DNA from: Lingula anatina
Lineage: Eukaryota > Animalia > Brachiopoda
Direction of reading: 5' to 3'
Assembly (NCBI GenBank): GCA_051362555.1
Contig: CM120643.1
Location: 10,168,001-10,232,000 of the forward strand
DNA: 64,000 bases
The notes under the pieces were generated by a model that was not told the origin of the DNA, ran no database searches, and saw only the letters and a program-made list of their open reading frames with translations. Shown piece after piece: positions 50,577 to 62,999 of this stretch. The translations under genes were made by a program, and so were the position numbers. Numbering within the stretch: position 1 is the stretch's first letter; every line of letters begins with the position of its first letter.

Positions 50577-52205
50577 ATGTTCTCCAATATGCTGACTTTG
50601 AGTGTGTCGATGATGGTGGCTGTATGTATTGGATTATCATCAGCAGACGACAATTGTCCCGCGTCGCTGCCATGCACGTGCAAGGATGACACCGACCTCG
50701 TGACCGGAAACCCAATCTACGTCATCGACTGTGACAAAAGAAATCTCACGTCAGTTCCAGTTTTTACAAGATACACAGGGAAACCAATCGACAAAATAAT
50801 CCTTTCGAATAACAGAATTAAGAACATTTCGGAAACTGCCTTCAGTGCATTTGACGGCAAAGTAAAAGGGTTGGACTTTTCGTACAACATACTAGAGCGT
50901 ATCCACGTTAACGCCTTTCGTCCATTTCGCGAGTCTTTAAACTTTCTCGATTTACAAGATAACAGTTTCGACTTGTCTACGCTACCTTGGGAATTTTTAA
51001 CGGTAGTGCCTAAGGTGACAGAACTCGACATACAGGGAAGTTACAAATACGCCAATAAGATGCTCCCTGCCAACGCTTTTCTCAACTTGCCAAACTTGAA
51101 GAAGCTTATTTTAAGTCGGTCTTATCTGACATCCGTGCACCCAGACGCCTTTAACGGCTCTACAAACCTCGAGAAAATCAATTTATATGGGAACAGTTTG
51201 ACTGATGTCCCTGTCGAGGCTTTACGTGGCCTAAAAAAGCTCAAAGATTTCGATATTGATGCCAACGATATCAAGTCTATACCAGCAAGGGCATTTGAAA
51301 CACTGGATAGTTTGGAGGAACTTACACTGAGCCGCTTGGATCTTTATGAACCAGACGCGATACACCCAGATGCTTTTATTGGTATTGGAGACAGCCTTAA
51401 GCTACTCTCGTTTTACAGTTCTTACCTCTCGGTTTTACCGCACCGGGCTTTCTCTCCTCTGAAAGCACTCACCGAACTTGATATCACATTTAACGATATA
51501 ACGGAGTTTCCACCAAACGCCTTTTCTGCATTAGTTAACCTCAAGACTTTGGAAATCAGCGGAAACCCTCTTAACTTCACTACTGACATGTTTCTTGGAC
51601 TCGAAGACAGATTGGAGACAATCATAATGCGATCCCTTATAGGCTACACCAACTCACTTCCGCTTGAGTCGCTTAAAACGCTGAAAAAATTGAAATGGAT
51701 TGACGCGTCCAAAAACGGGTGGACACACTTGACCAGGGAGACCATTGCAGGGCTGGATGTCGAGCGTCTGACCCTACTGTGGATGGACATCAACCACGTG
51801 GCCCCAGATGCATTCGATGACATGAAGACATACCGGGGATCGCTCTCGATAGAACTTGACACGAACAACCTGAGCGACACAAGCTGGATCGATTCCGTGA
51901 TTTTTCAGCAGGTGGACTTGCGCGGGAATCCCATTCACTGCACGTGTCATTTGTATCGCGAGATCTCGAGAGGACATCCGAGAATGTCAGTTGATGGGGA
52001 ATGCGCTACCCCAGAAGCCTACCAAGGACTGATATTGAAAAGTGGCTTTCTTAGGAAAGCGAGAGAGAACTGTGGTCCTATGCCGGTAGATAATTGCCGC
52101 GGACCTTTCTATACCGCTAGCGGTCGTCAGAACTCGTTATGTTATGGACCAATGACATTATTAGCTTTGTTTTTAGCCGCACTGAGTTTTGGTCTCAACC
52201 AGTGA
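50577..52205 (+). CDS. Extracellular leucine-rich repeat protein 2, paralogue of 43235-44857, single coding exon, 542 aa
   Basis: The true start is probably MFSNMLTLSV at 50577, since the upstream part of the listed ORF is intron (acceptor ttcttag at 50547). LRRNT CPASLPCTC...IDC, LRR array, LRRCT GNPIHCTC...GECATP and a hydrophobic C-terminus MTLLALFLAALSFG. It shares idiosyncratic motifs with gene 1 (LDL..N.FDL.TLPW.FL; VAPDAF; DTSWIDSVIF vs ETTWVDPVIF). Confidence 0.9.
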   Translation: MFSNMLTLSVSMMVAVCIGLSSADDNCPASLPCTCKDDTDLVTGNPIYVIDCDKRNLTSVPVFTRYTGKPIDKIILSNNRIKNISETAFSAFDGKVKGLDFSYNILERIHVNAFRPFRESLNFLDLQDNSFDLSTLPWEFLTVVPKVTELDIQGSYKYANKMLPANAFLNLPNLKKLILSRSYLTSVHPDAFNGSTNLEKINLYGNSLTDVPVEALRGLKKLKDFDIDANDIKSIPARAFETLDSLEELTLSRLDLYEPDAIHPDAFIGIGDSLKLLSFYSSYLSVLPHRAFSPLKALTELDITFNDITEFPPNAFSALVNLKTLEISGNPLNFTTDMFLGLEDRLETIIMRSLIGYTNSLPLESLKTLKKLKWIDASKNGWTHLTRETIAGLDVERLTLLWMDINHVAPDAFDDMKTYRGSLSIELDTNNLSDTSWIDSVIFQQVDLRGNPIHCTCHLYREISRGHPRMSVDGECATPEAYQGLILKSGFLRKARENCGPMPVDNCRGPFYTASGRQNSLCYGPMTLLALFLAALSFGLNQ

Positions 52206-54576
52206 TAGATACAATCTTAACTAAAAACTTGTCATAAAGACGTAATGGCGGGTGCTACGTGTAGTACACGAAACTGAAGAGTAAGGACATTTGCCGCCCC
52301 CCTTTCCACAAGTTTCCGAATTTAAATAGATGATGCTCGGCGTGCAAATGGCTTTTGATGAATGTGAACAGTATAGATACGATTTTATTTATAGTCACAT
52401 ACATGTAGGGTTGTCAACACTGTTAAAACGCATATCTATAGCTCAATATACAAGTGTTTTTGCCAGTGATACAATATAGAGGGCCAGAGAACAAAAGAGA
52501 TGGACAGCGTATGTGAAAGTATATGCGTAAAGTACTAGAGTTACAAACTACTGGAATACGTAATGATGACCATCTGCAATTGTTTGATTTTTACTTCTCC
52601 ATAAGATCCGTTAATTAAACGGGCAAAAATACCCTATCCCAGTGCAGTGGTGACGTCTGTTCTCGAAAAACTGATTTCTTTTACTATAAAAGTAGACTGT
52701 TCGAGAACGATTTCTAACAGTAGGAAGTTTTACTTTATTTTTTCATTCATGCCCAGCGGAAATGAACTTGAAATAAGTCTACTGTCGCTGGAAAGAAACT
52801 CCATAGTAAAAATGTGTAAAATTCTACATAGATGGGACGTGTGAATTTAAACCGCCCAAACTTTGACTAGGAATGCCACCTTTATCTCTAAACAACAAGA
52901 CGAATGAACCTTTAACACTGAACAAGTGAAAAAATGCTGGTAATCTAATAAAAGAAATACAACAATAGACGTTTGAAATGAGAAATAAAGTAGACCCAAG
53001 TCAGATTACATTATCTATAGAAAGATCCAGGAGTTAAATATGTCTTGTACCAATATCAGTGATGTCATGACGTTTTATTGACAACGTGTCAAATAACTTA
53101 AAAAGTTATTGAGAAAAGTTATGTAGTTATGAGGCTCTACATGCTTACTTACTTTCTAATCCTCTTGCTATACCCCTCCCACTTTCTCACAGAATCAAGA
53201 GTGTCTTGATATTCTTCTTTATGCCTTCAATTTTGTTCATTTTGTTACATCAATAAGTAGCAAATACTTTAAAATACAATAAAATTTATGGTAAAAGGTG
53301 TTTAACACTTGTTATAACAATGACATGGAAATATATGCATTCTGATGTATTTACATAGCAACATGTGATTAGGCATTTAATTAACAACAATTTTGTCAAA
53401 TGGTAAGGCTTTGGCAAGCGCTTCAAAACTCAAGACAACGTGCGATTGTGTTAGTTGTTAATCTGGTTTCTCAGCCACCACACTCTGATAGGAGATCGTG
53501 GCTCTAAGACTTTTTGAAGTCCCGAGTCATGTTCGGAACATGTCGGCAGATTCCGCAGATTTACGGATGGAGATGCGGAAACAACCGTGTCTGGACGACT
53601 GTTTCCAGTCAATACATGGTATGAGGAATACACTGTTTCATGCGAAGCCAATGTAATGAAAATATAGCTCCACCCATCGCACTGAGGATGTGCTTGTGCT
53701 TCCATTACGTCCTGGCTGTACCACACAATGGGGATGTTTGCAATCTTAAGCAAACGGTCTGCAGAGAAAGTACGGTAGGCCTACTAAGTTAGTGCTTGTA
53801 AGTAGCTGCAACGTAAATACACCTTCAGGTCCAGTTCCCCAAAGGAGAAGACTGTCATTTATTTAAATCGTGATAAACTTACTTGTGATCGCTTTTAATT
53901 AATTAATTAATTAATTAATTAACTATTTGATGTATTTATTTATTTATTTATTTATTTATTTATTCAGTTATTTATTTTCCTTTGGCTTTTTTTTTTCGAG
54001 TTGAGATCTCTCATCCCGATTTCAGCACCGTAATGGGTGGTGTTTTATCCTTGAGCGATTTCAAAACACTGAAGTCAGTACTGTCCCAGTCATTCCTTGG
54101 GACAGAGATAATTAAACTTGTAATATCCGCGCAGTCATGGACGTCTACTTACCCTTGGACCCTCTCAAAATATTTTCGGCAACTTTCCTTTTCCTTGGCT
54201 CATACAATGTAGCTTCGAGGTACTTGATATATACAAGATGCGAAAGCTCTCCCAGCCCTTTTTTCAAGACAAAACTCTATGCTTTCATTTTGCAGGAAAA
54301 ATAACACCATGGACTGATAAAATACCACGGGGGAGATTGGCGCGTTAAAATATAAGGATTTCTGCATTTCCTCTTTTGTCGAGAAAAGTCCACACCTTCA
54401 CTTTATCCATGATCAAAAAGGCAGATTTTGTCCAAGAATGTCGGTGCCTGTCTGTGAACGGCATAACTATGGGCATCTCTCTTGATTGCGCCTTATCGGA
54501 GTCCCGTTAACTGGTATTCTCATTCATTTCATCTATTCTTTTTTGTATTATGTGAACCACTTAAGTAAAAATCCTT

Positions 54577-55760
54577 CTACACCGCTGCTTGGAAGACAGG
54601 ACGTCCCCTGCACGCCATAAACAAGAAGACGACGTCAACAATCAAAATGGTGGTGATGAATGATGTAAATATCTGGAAAAGACGTGAGACTGTTGTACAG
54701 TCACAAAGCTGAAAGACTTTGTCACTTTTTTTTTTCGGAATTAATAGGAAAAAAACAACAAAAAAAGGAAAAACTTGCACTCACAAATGCAGACCCGCCT
54801 TCTTGCTTACACACCACATTTAGAAATAAACAACTGAAGTAAAACACCACTTCATTTTAATAAAAGATATAACTTGAATATGACTTTTTCAAATTAATAT
54901 TTAGAAGATTCTTGTTTCAGAAAGTAAGTTGTTTCATAAGTTATCGTCAAAATCATTATTTGACTTTTTTTCCTACCGCTGTAGCAATTCTTGCGGCATA
55001 GTTCCAGCCAGGCCGGGGAAATGGGTACTTGGCCGCCTCCACACAAGCGATCAGGAACGCGACGAGCCAGCTTAAGAAGAGAATGCCACAGATGATAAAC
55101 TCCTGAAATTGACAGAAAGAGCAAATCATTTCTCTGAAATATTCAGTGCAAATGGCATAAGAAATGTATAGAGACCAATGATAATCTTTGTCATCTCTAT
55201 TTGCTAACATAAGGCTACGTTTGCTACTATTAATGAATTTAATATATTGTATATGGCTTGAATTTCCGAAGACAAACCATTCAACGATTTCTATCAAAAT
55301 GCCGACTGCCTTTTTTTAAAAACGACTGACACAGTTCTGAGACAAATACACTATCTTTAGTGGCAGTATAGAAGAGAGTATATATATATATGGCAGCCCA
55401 AAATCGGAAAATTTTGTTAAAACCCGTCTTTCCAAAGCAAGTTATTTTGTCTGCACGCGCTATTAAAAACCGGAGGCAGACAAAAAAACAAATATATTGA
55501 ACAGACAAATGTTAATCAAGCTTACGATCACTTGTTATTGTGAGGCTAACGATGAGAGTTACGTCTTTATGTAATAAAAAAAATCCCCGGTAATTTAAAC
55601 CATTCCCTTTAAATAGTGTACCCTGTCCAAAGCTGGTGACAAATTTAGGGTCTTAATTCTTATACCGATGGAGACCGGTGAACATCGCTGGTATCGCAAG
55701 GGCTCAAAAATGGGATAGGGAATAGCTTGGTGGCAGTAGGAAAATTGCTAAAGTTTCCCG

Positions 55761-55796
<36 letters not shown>

Positions 55797-56823
55797 TAAA
55801 AAGTCAATCGTCCATTGTATACATGTACTATTAAAATGGTAGGCCTACAAACAAATATGTTGAATAGACTCATTTTAATCAAAGATTTTGGAAAAAAATA
55901 TAAACCTACCAGTGCTGGCCATATAGCAATCTTAGCCTTTAGGCGAGTCACATTAATGATGCACAATACAGCGATGAGAATTATGGACATCACAGTTACG
56001 AACTCCACATACACCATACTCCTGAAGTACCCCACCTGGAACGCTACTCCGTGTACCACCACCAGTGTACATATCAAAAGCAGGACAGATAAAACCTAAA
56101 ATGAAAAGTAAGGGGGGTGTGAAATTTGAAGTGCCCCACCTTAGGCTGCTACTGCCACGTTCCACTGTGACTACGGTAACAGTTTACATTTGATTTTCAT
56201 CAGTGGACAGATAATTATCTGAAATGAGAAAGTAAGGGGTGTTGATTATTCTAGGTTGGTTCCCTACCCGGGCTTTGATTCCTGCGTACGGTACATATAC
56301 ATGTACCCTCTACCAGAGCCGCAGTTATAATTTTGGACATATTTGCTGACTCATATTTGCTGACTCATATTTTATAGAGGCATATCTGTGAATATCTGTG
56401 AAAAATCAATCTGCACCCTGGTAGAGGGTGCGGTACATAGGCGTCTCCAATAATCAGAGATTATACACCCCCTGTAACTTCACAGCTTTAAATCATGTAA
56501 ACAGACCAAAGGAGGAGAGCATCTCCCCCCCCTTCCCAGGAATAGGTTTCTGGTGATTTAATTTTTTCTTGAATATTTATTCAACAATAGAGGAGAAAAG
56601 CCACTGAATATCACCCTGAGGTCCTCGCGTATCTCAAAAGGCATGCTTACAGTGAATGTAGGGCCTACATTTTCAAGTTTTCTTTGAAACTCAGGGTACT
56701 GAACAACCTTACCAGTTCTGTTGTCCGAATAATCCCAGGAACAGAGCGGAGATATTGAAGATGGCCTCTGGGAGAGGATACCGTCTGCTCGGGAACAGTG
56801 ACAACCATGATACCGGGCTCCAT
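54577..56823 (-). CDS. MARVEL-domain four-TM protein (CMTM/plasmolipin-like), 4 exons, 172 aa
   Basis: Exons 56713-56823 (MEPG...QYLRSVPGIIRTTEL), 55910-56095 (VLSVLLLIC...YVEFVTV...WPAL), 54977-55102 (EFIICGILFLSW...ARIATA) and 54577-54672 (IFTSFITTILIVDVVFLF...). All introns are phase-0 GT-AG with one hydrophobic helix pattern per segment, as in MARVEL genes. Confidence 0.82.
56304..56430. mobile_element. Short MITE-like inverted-repeat element in the MARVEL intron
   Basis: Ends TACCCTCTACCAGAG..GCAG / CTGCACCCTGGTAGAGGGTG, with small internal direct repeats (CATATTTGCTGACT x2; ATATCTGTGA x2). Confidence 0.5.
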
Positions 56824-58369
56824 TCTCTACTCCCGTTTTGTGTCAAATGTCAAACGACCAGTGCAGGGACGAATAGTGAATAGTGAATAGTGTCGTCCGC
56901 GATGACATCTTTTAGTGACATCCCTCAATCTATTCGTTACAGTTGACGGAAGAGAGTTAAGACAGTTAACTACGCCCTAGAATGAGACTTACATAGATCA
57001 TGTCATTCAGATAACTCTAACAATGTGGGGAATTCTGCACCCGTTGCATGTAAGTGTACATACTGTAGATTGAATCCGAATACTAGCAAACACCCATGAT
57101 ATGGAAGAGTTGTGTAATGCATTATATACCGAAGTATTATTAAGAGCCTCAGACTTTGTAGAACACGAGCTGGTTATGGAACTATATGCTAAATTCAAAA
57201 CACAAAGGAGGCTATATCATAACTTACATAAGTTACATATAGAGACAAGACGACTGAAATAAGGGAGAGGGGTTTGCAGTGACACATGACATGTAGTGGT
57301 AATTTTCATTTGTCCTCTGATTAACTAGCAGCGAAGGGCATTGTAGGCCTACTTCAATCGCTATTGCTGTATGATATTCAGATAATTTAAATGCTGGGGT
57401 TCTCTTGCCCGGCTAAAAAGAGAGTCACAAGGACAGACTAGCATACACAAACACATCAATGAACAGAGACAGACAGACAGACAGACAGACGAAGGAAATG
57501 AAAAACGTACGAGCATGTAGGCCTACATGTAGATTTCAAACAGATAACATTGAAATGAACTTAAAAAACATAATACTTGATTTAGTACATTCAGTTTGCT
57601 GGCAATATTATTGCGAAGTCACGGTCATCACATTGCAAATTCCAGGAATCGAGAGAAGATTCCAGAAAAAAAAATGGTGTCGTGTCGATGAGCAGAAAAA
57701 GTGCGTTTCAGACAGCATTTCACCGTGTAAGGTAAAAGCACGTACGGAGGCGTAGCCCCACAAAAATAGATTAATCTTGCTAAGAGTATAAAACGTTGAA
57801 CAAAACCAACTATATTTTACGCTAAAAAAGCAGTTAAAAATCTCTTTGTTCACTTACGTGTAGGCTACACAGTTGATCCGCGAGAAGTAACAGGACTCAC
57901 GAGAATTGTCAAAAACCGTGACGTAGTCACAAAACTACCTTTATAGATCTACGTCACACGTAGGCTACACATACACGTTCAAGGCCCTGGCAGTTAGGCA
58001 ACGAATATAAACTGACTGAATTCCCTGAAAATGATTGCTTTTAAGTGGATCGGCCTTATTTAGTCCGTGGATCAGTTAGTCCGTGGACCATATGTTCTGA
58101 ATCCAGCCATAGACCCTATAGGGGGCCTACACAAGTCCAAACAGACAAGTTTCACATTTTTTAATCTCCCAAAAGGCATGAAACTCAGGGTAGCCTATAC
58201 ACATTTAACCAGTCCTGAATTAATCAGAAGTTAACCATATTATGGAAGCACTGAATAGATATAGGCCTACCGATGATAAATTATACCGTCTGTTTAGTGC
58301 ATGTGAATGGCGTGAATGGGGCTAGAACAGCTTCTTAATGCGCGTAACTGTCACATAATAGTAATACAC

Positions 58370-58537
58370 CAGGCCCGTAGCCAGGGGGGGTTCGGGGGGT
58401 TCGAAAGAACCTCCCCTTTTGCTGGGAAAAGGTCCACTCTGGGTAAAATTTGATCTAGGTACATGAAGTTTTTATGGGAAAAGGTCCACTTTTTCAGAAA
58501 AAGAACCCCCCTTTTGAAATTGCTGGCTACGGGCCTG
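58370..58537. mobile_element. MITE with perfect 15-bp TIRs
   Basis: CAGGCCCGTAGCCAG ... CTGGCTACGGGCCTG, with TACAC on both flanks. Confidence 0.75.
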
Positions 58538-59159
58538 TACACTGTACGTTGGCTGAAACTAGACTACGTTGAATTCACACAGCAAATGCAGCAAATGATG
58601 ATAATGAATAGATACCAGGTTATACACGTTGAAACCCAGGGTGTAGAAAAACTACCTTCCTTTTGCCACCCGAGTTTCTGGCTGTATAATTCTCTTCTGG
58701 AGGGAACGTAGACCTGAAAATGTCTGAAACATTTGCCGTTTTGTTTCTCTTCGTGTTGTAACGCCTTGTGGTAGGTATATGATTATGAGCCAGAGATATA
58801 CTGCAGAAAGACATACATGGTGTAGGCCTACATGTCTCAGATATTGGATATCTATAGGGTATTTTACAGGAAAGGGAGGGAGCTCGTTTGCATTGCACAT
58901 GACACAGATTTATTGTAATAATGCAGGGAATAATGAAGAAAAGCACGTTGCTTTGTAGCATATATGCCTATTTCAGGCCTTATAAACACGGATTAGGCGT
59001 TTGCGAACTCGAGCTTCAGATTTGGGAGCACAAATGCACGAATTAACCACTCGGGCCACGAATTAAGAACTCTTACGTGAAATTAGTAGCCACGAGCATC
59101 GCCTTGCGACCCACAAACCGTTATATATACTTGCCTTTTTTGTGGTCAAAAGAATCACT

Positions 59160-59190
<31 letters not shown>

Positions 59191-59282
59191 GGAAAACTCC
59201 GCTCCCCCGAGACCGTGTAGGTCCTACATATACTGTACATCAGAATACTTGTAACGGAGTGTAAAGAAGAAGCTGAAAATAA

Positions 59283-59418
59283 CAGTCTCGTAGCCAGCAA
59301 TTTTCAAGTTTTTTTCCGAAAAAGTAGACCTTTTATTATGAAAATTCAGAATGGACCTTTTCCTGACAAAAAGGGCGATCCTTTCGAACCCCCCGAACCC
59401 CTACTGGCTACGGGCCTG
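59283..59418. mobile_element. Diverged, inverted copy of the 58370-58537 MITE
   Basis: CAGTCTCGTAGCCAG ... CTGGCTACGGGCCTG. The internal TTCGAACCCCCGAACCC is the reverse complement of the first copy's GGGTTCGGGGGGTTCGAA. Confidence 0.7.
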
Positions 59419-60318
59419 AAAAAAATCACACCAAAATACTGAAAAAAAGAAAAAAATGTACCCTTTTTTATGTTGCTGTCATGTTTACTGTTTTCACAAG
59501 TGTGGTCTTCGACTAATTCACGAGGCTTCCGCGCTTAAATTGTATTACATTACTGGTAATCAGGCTGTGCGACATGAATAGCCCAGGATAACATAGTTTG
59601 GCGTATGGCCACAATGCCTGGATCAATATACTGCAAGTTAAGGTCATCACAGCACGATGCTCTCAACCTATATCTGTTAGTTTTTGTCCATTTATTTTTT
59701 GTCCTCCCTTGAGAGATACCAAGATATGTCAGTTCCTGTTGGCTTTAGACTGGTTAATATCAGGCCCTAGGAATCAGAGGAATAAACACTACTAGATTAA
59801 AAACTCCCAGACTGCATGAATAGATAAAAACTGAAATCTGAAATGGTGTGCGTTTTGAGTTCTCTCCCTCTTTACTCTCTCTTTCTCCCCCTCCCTCCCT
59901 TCAGCCATCCGTCCCTCCGTCCCTCCATCCATCCATCCATCCGTCCATCAATCCCTTACACACACACACATCCGACACATGCACGCGCGCAAACACAAAC
60001 ACACTCACTCTCTCACACACACATACACACGCAGCACGTTCTTTTCATTTATTCATCTGAGAAACAGCGGGAAGGGGATGGGCTTGGCTGGGCTGGGGAC
60101 ATTGCAGACGACCCCACGTGCATCTCACCTTATGTTTTGTCCACTGCCTCCCGTCGCCTTGGTAACAATACCCAAACGTCACAAAAAAGGACCCACGCTT
60201 TTATCCAAATGTAATGTAACAGAACCACATGCAGTCCAACACGCGTCGTAATCCACTACAATATGTCAGTGAATTCAGGTCAATAGTTTGAAAACCGAGA
60301 GCGACTTAATGCGAAAAG

Positions 60319-60458
60319 TACCCTGAGGTTCAGAGACTCAGGGAGATCCCATCGCTTTTCTACGTGTTCGCGCCCTGAGGTTCAAAGCTGTCAGGTCGGT
60401 TCTCGTCCCCCGTCTTTGTGCAATTGTGTGAAACAACCCGAGTCTGAATCTCAGGGTA
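60319..60458. mobile_element. MITE-like element of the (C/T)ACCCTGAG terminal family
   Basis: TACCCTGAGGTTCAGAGACTC ... GAGTCTGAATCTCAGGGTA inverted ends. It has the same terminal 9-mer as 33758-33877 and 56612-56698. Confidence 0.5.
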
Positions 60459-60887
60459 GGCCTACGCTATGTTCGAAGTTGATTTCAAACATTCACAGGT
60501 TTAAAACACATGACAGTTTTTTCAAAATCCTTCCATATATCTAGCTTCATGGATGACAATTTATGGTTTTCTGCCAAGGAAGTGGAACAATGTGCTTTTT
60601 CTTTTTAGTTTTGCGCAGTAGGTGGGTAGAGGTGGTGTGCCGCACGTGACACGTGCTGCCGACGTGTGCAGTGGCAAGTCAAACTCTGTGCGGAAATTTT
60701 GATGGGTAATAACGCCTCTTAGTATTTCCCAAGAGCTGGTAAAATGATCCATTTTTAGTTTGACTTGAAAGTTTATATTACGTTGCATTCCCCATTATTT
60801 CTTTGGCCAGAGAATAGTGTCATGAAAGTGTCAGTTTAAATGGAACTAAAAAAGGAAATGCAAGACACATGTAACCCCACCAATATG

Positions 60888-60889
<2 letters not shown>

Positions 60890-60930
<41 letters not shown>
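60890..60930. repeat. (AG)n microsatellite
   Basis: Direct dinucleotide run. Confidence 0.9.
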
Positions 60931-60932
<2 letters not shown>

Positions 60933-62999
60933 ATATAGGTAGCAGTAGAGGAAAAATTCAGTAAAAAGGATGATAAATATTTGTCGTGTTATTTTTTATT
61001 TGACTTTCCTCAAATGTTGCACGTACATGTTCTGTTGTTTTAAAAAAATCTTCACAGAAACATTTGCACAATAATTTTTTACGACAGACTTCATACTTTA
61101 CTAAGCCCAAATTCTGGTCTTGTATCTATGGCACATTCTGCGGTTCCCTTCTAAAGAATCCCGCCGTAATATGATTATGACTGCTTTATTTTTATCATCT
61201 TTGCCTTTAAAAAAGTCCTACAAGTTCCCCGCCTCTGCACGAAATGTCACACAAAGGCTGCATTTCCATTTAAGTTGTGGCGGTTCAACTTAATTTTCAT
61301 TATCTCAGTACACAAAGCGATTGCGATTTTCATAGCAATGAGCCAATCTAATAGCGCTGGGTGGGACGATAGAGGGATTAGATAGGCTTCCTATGGTAAG
61401 AAACCGCTATCATATCGCCTCCTGAAACAGTACAAATGTACGAATGAATTACTAGTAATGCTGGTTTCAACACGACAGACATGCAAATAAACAACAAGTT
61501 TGTGGTTTGATCTAGGGGGATCTGACCACGTCACATCCAGATTGTGTTTCTTACTTGGTTCACCTGGCACAATCGGCAGAACCACGTCAGGAACCGGTTC
61601 CTAAAAATTAGTTTTGATTTTAAGCTAAGATCTAATAAACAGAAAGATTGGACAGCGGCATTTTCCCTTTGACCAGACGTTCGTACGGGTAAACATTGCT
61701 CTATTGTTCCCCTTAAGTTGTTTTGATAGCCGGGCTTAATTTTAATCCCCATTGTACCTAACCCGTGTTTAGCGAATAGCGTGATTTCTCGTGCATTCTC
61801 GCGGACGCCACATCGTCGTCAAGTAGATCCGCCATATTGGATAAGCAATGGCACACGTGGAGTTTTTTTATTAAAAAGTTCTAAAGATGTACAGTTTGTT
61901 TACATTTCGTAGTTGTCTTAATACTTTATATTCAGAGGAGGCAATACCCAATAGCGCACTACCTGTAACAACAGCTGCCATTTTATAGAAATTGACTCAA
62001 CTTGGAGATATAGCCGGAAACGTGACGAGATCATCAACGTAACAGATAGTGATATTCGATGCCGTTTTGGACAATAAGGTCATGCTAATCACTGGGAGAA
62101 ACTGAATGGTGAAGCTACACCAAAACAGAAACTTGATCTATTATGCCTGTTTGTAAAACTTCGTCACTATTAGCGGTCATTCTTTTAGAGCATAATCAAT
62201 TCAAATTCACCAGAATATTCGTTGCAAATCGGTGAAACAAAAAGGACTGAAAAAAAATCCTTTAAGAAAAAGTAGTTTTTAATTTCACTTTCACAAACAC
62301 TAATTTGGGTACCTACTTCATAATGATAGTGAAAGGTAAGACATATCTTTATACTGACAATCAAATAAAAGTAAACTCGTTTTTTCATATTTTTAGAACA
62401 CATGCAATATAGTTTCCTTGCGACTTCATAATCATGCACATATTTTTAAACTCTGCAAAATCTGTTTTGAAACATATGCCTTTTGAACATCTTCCACAGA
62501 ATGTATTGGAAGAATAATATGTGTAACAGTTTTGTTTTCCATCTCACTAAAAAGTACTAAATAAAAGATGATTGCTAAAAATTATCAATATTTCATCAGA
62601 TTTAGCATTTAAAACTGATCATTCATTTCCGGCTGATAAAGTAACATAATACAAGTCATATTCTGTTCATAAGCATTTTATTATAGATTTAATAAGGCAC
62701 AGATATTGAAATGCAAATAAAAATGTTAACACCTTTAGATACCACTGACTGTTACACAATCACAACAGATAGGTAATTTATTTAGGAGTACTAGTTTCAC
62801 ATGACTAAGAATTATAGCATTTTCCCCCTATTTTGACTTGTTTCAACATTAATATCTCATTCAATAAAAATTATGCACGTGATGATAATATTTATCTATT
62901 GTTAAGAGCACTACTGACTAATTCCAACCTAGACTTGACTTCAGAGTTTACAGAAGGGAGACAATTTATAGTGATATATTTGTTTTTCATGAAGAACAA

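Noticed and set aside
15772-52205. Functional cluster linking CLPTM1L (GPI-precursor scramblase) with GPI-anchored LRR genes
   Set aside because: GPI-anchored proteins are common and an unrelated ASB gene intervenes. There is no evidence beyond proximity.
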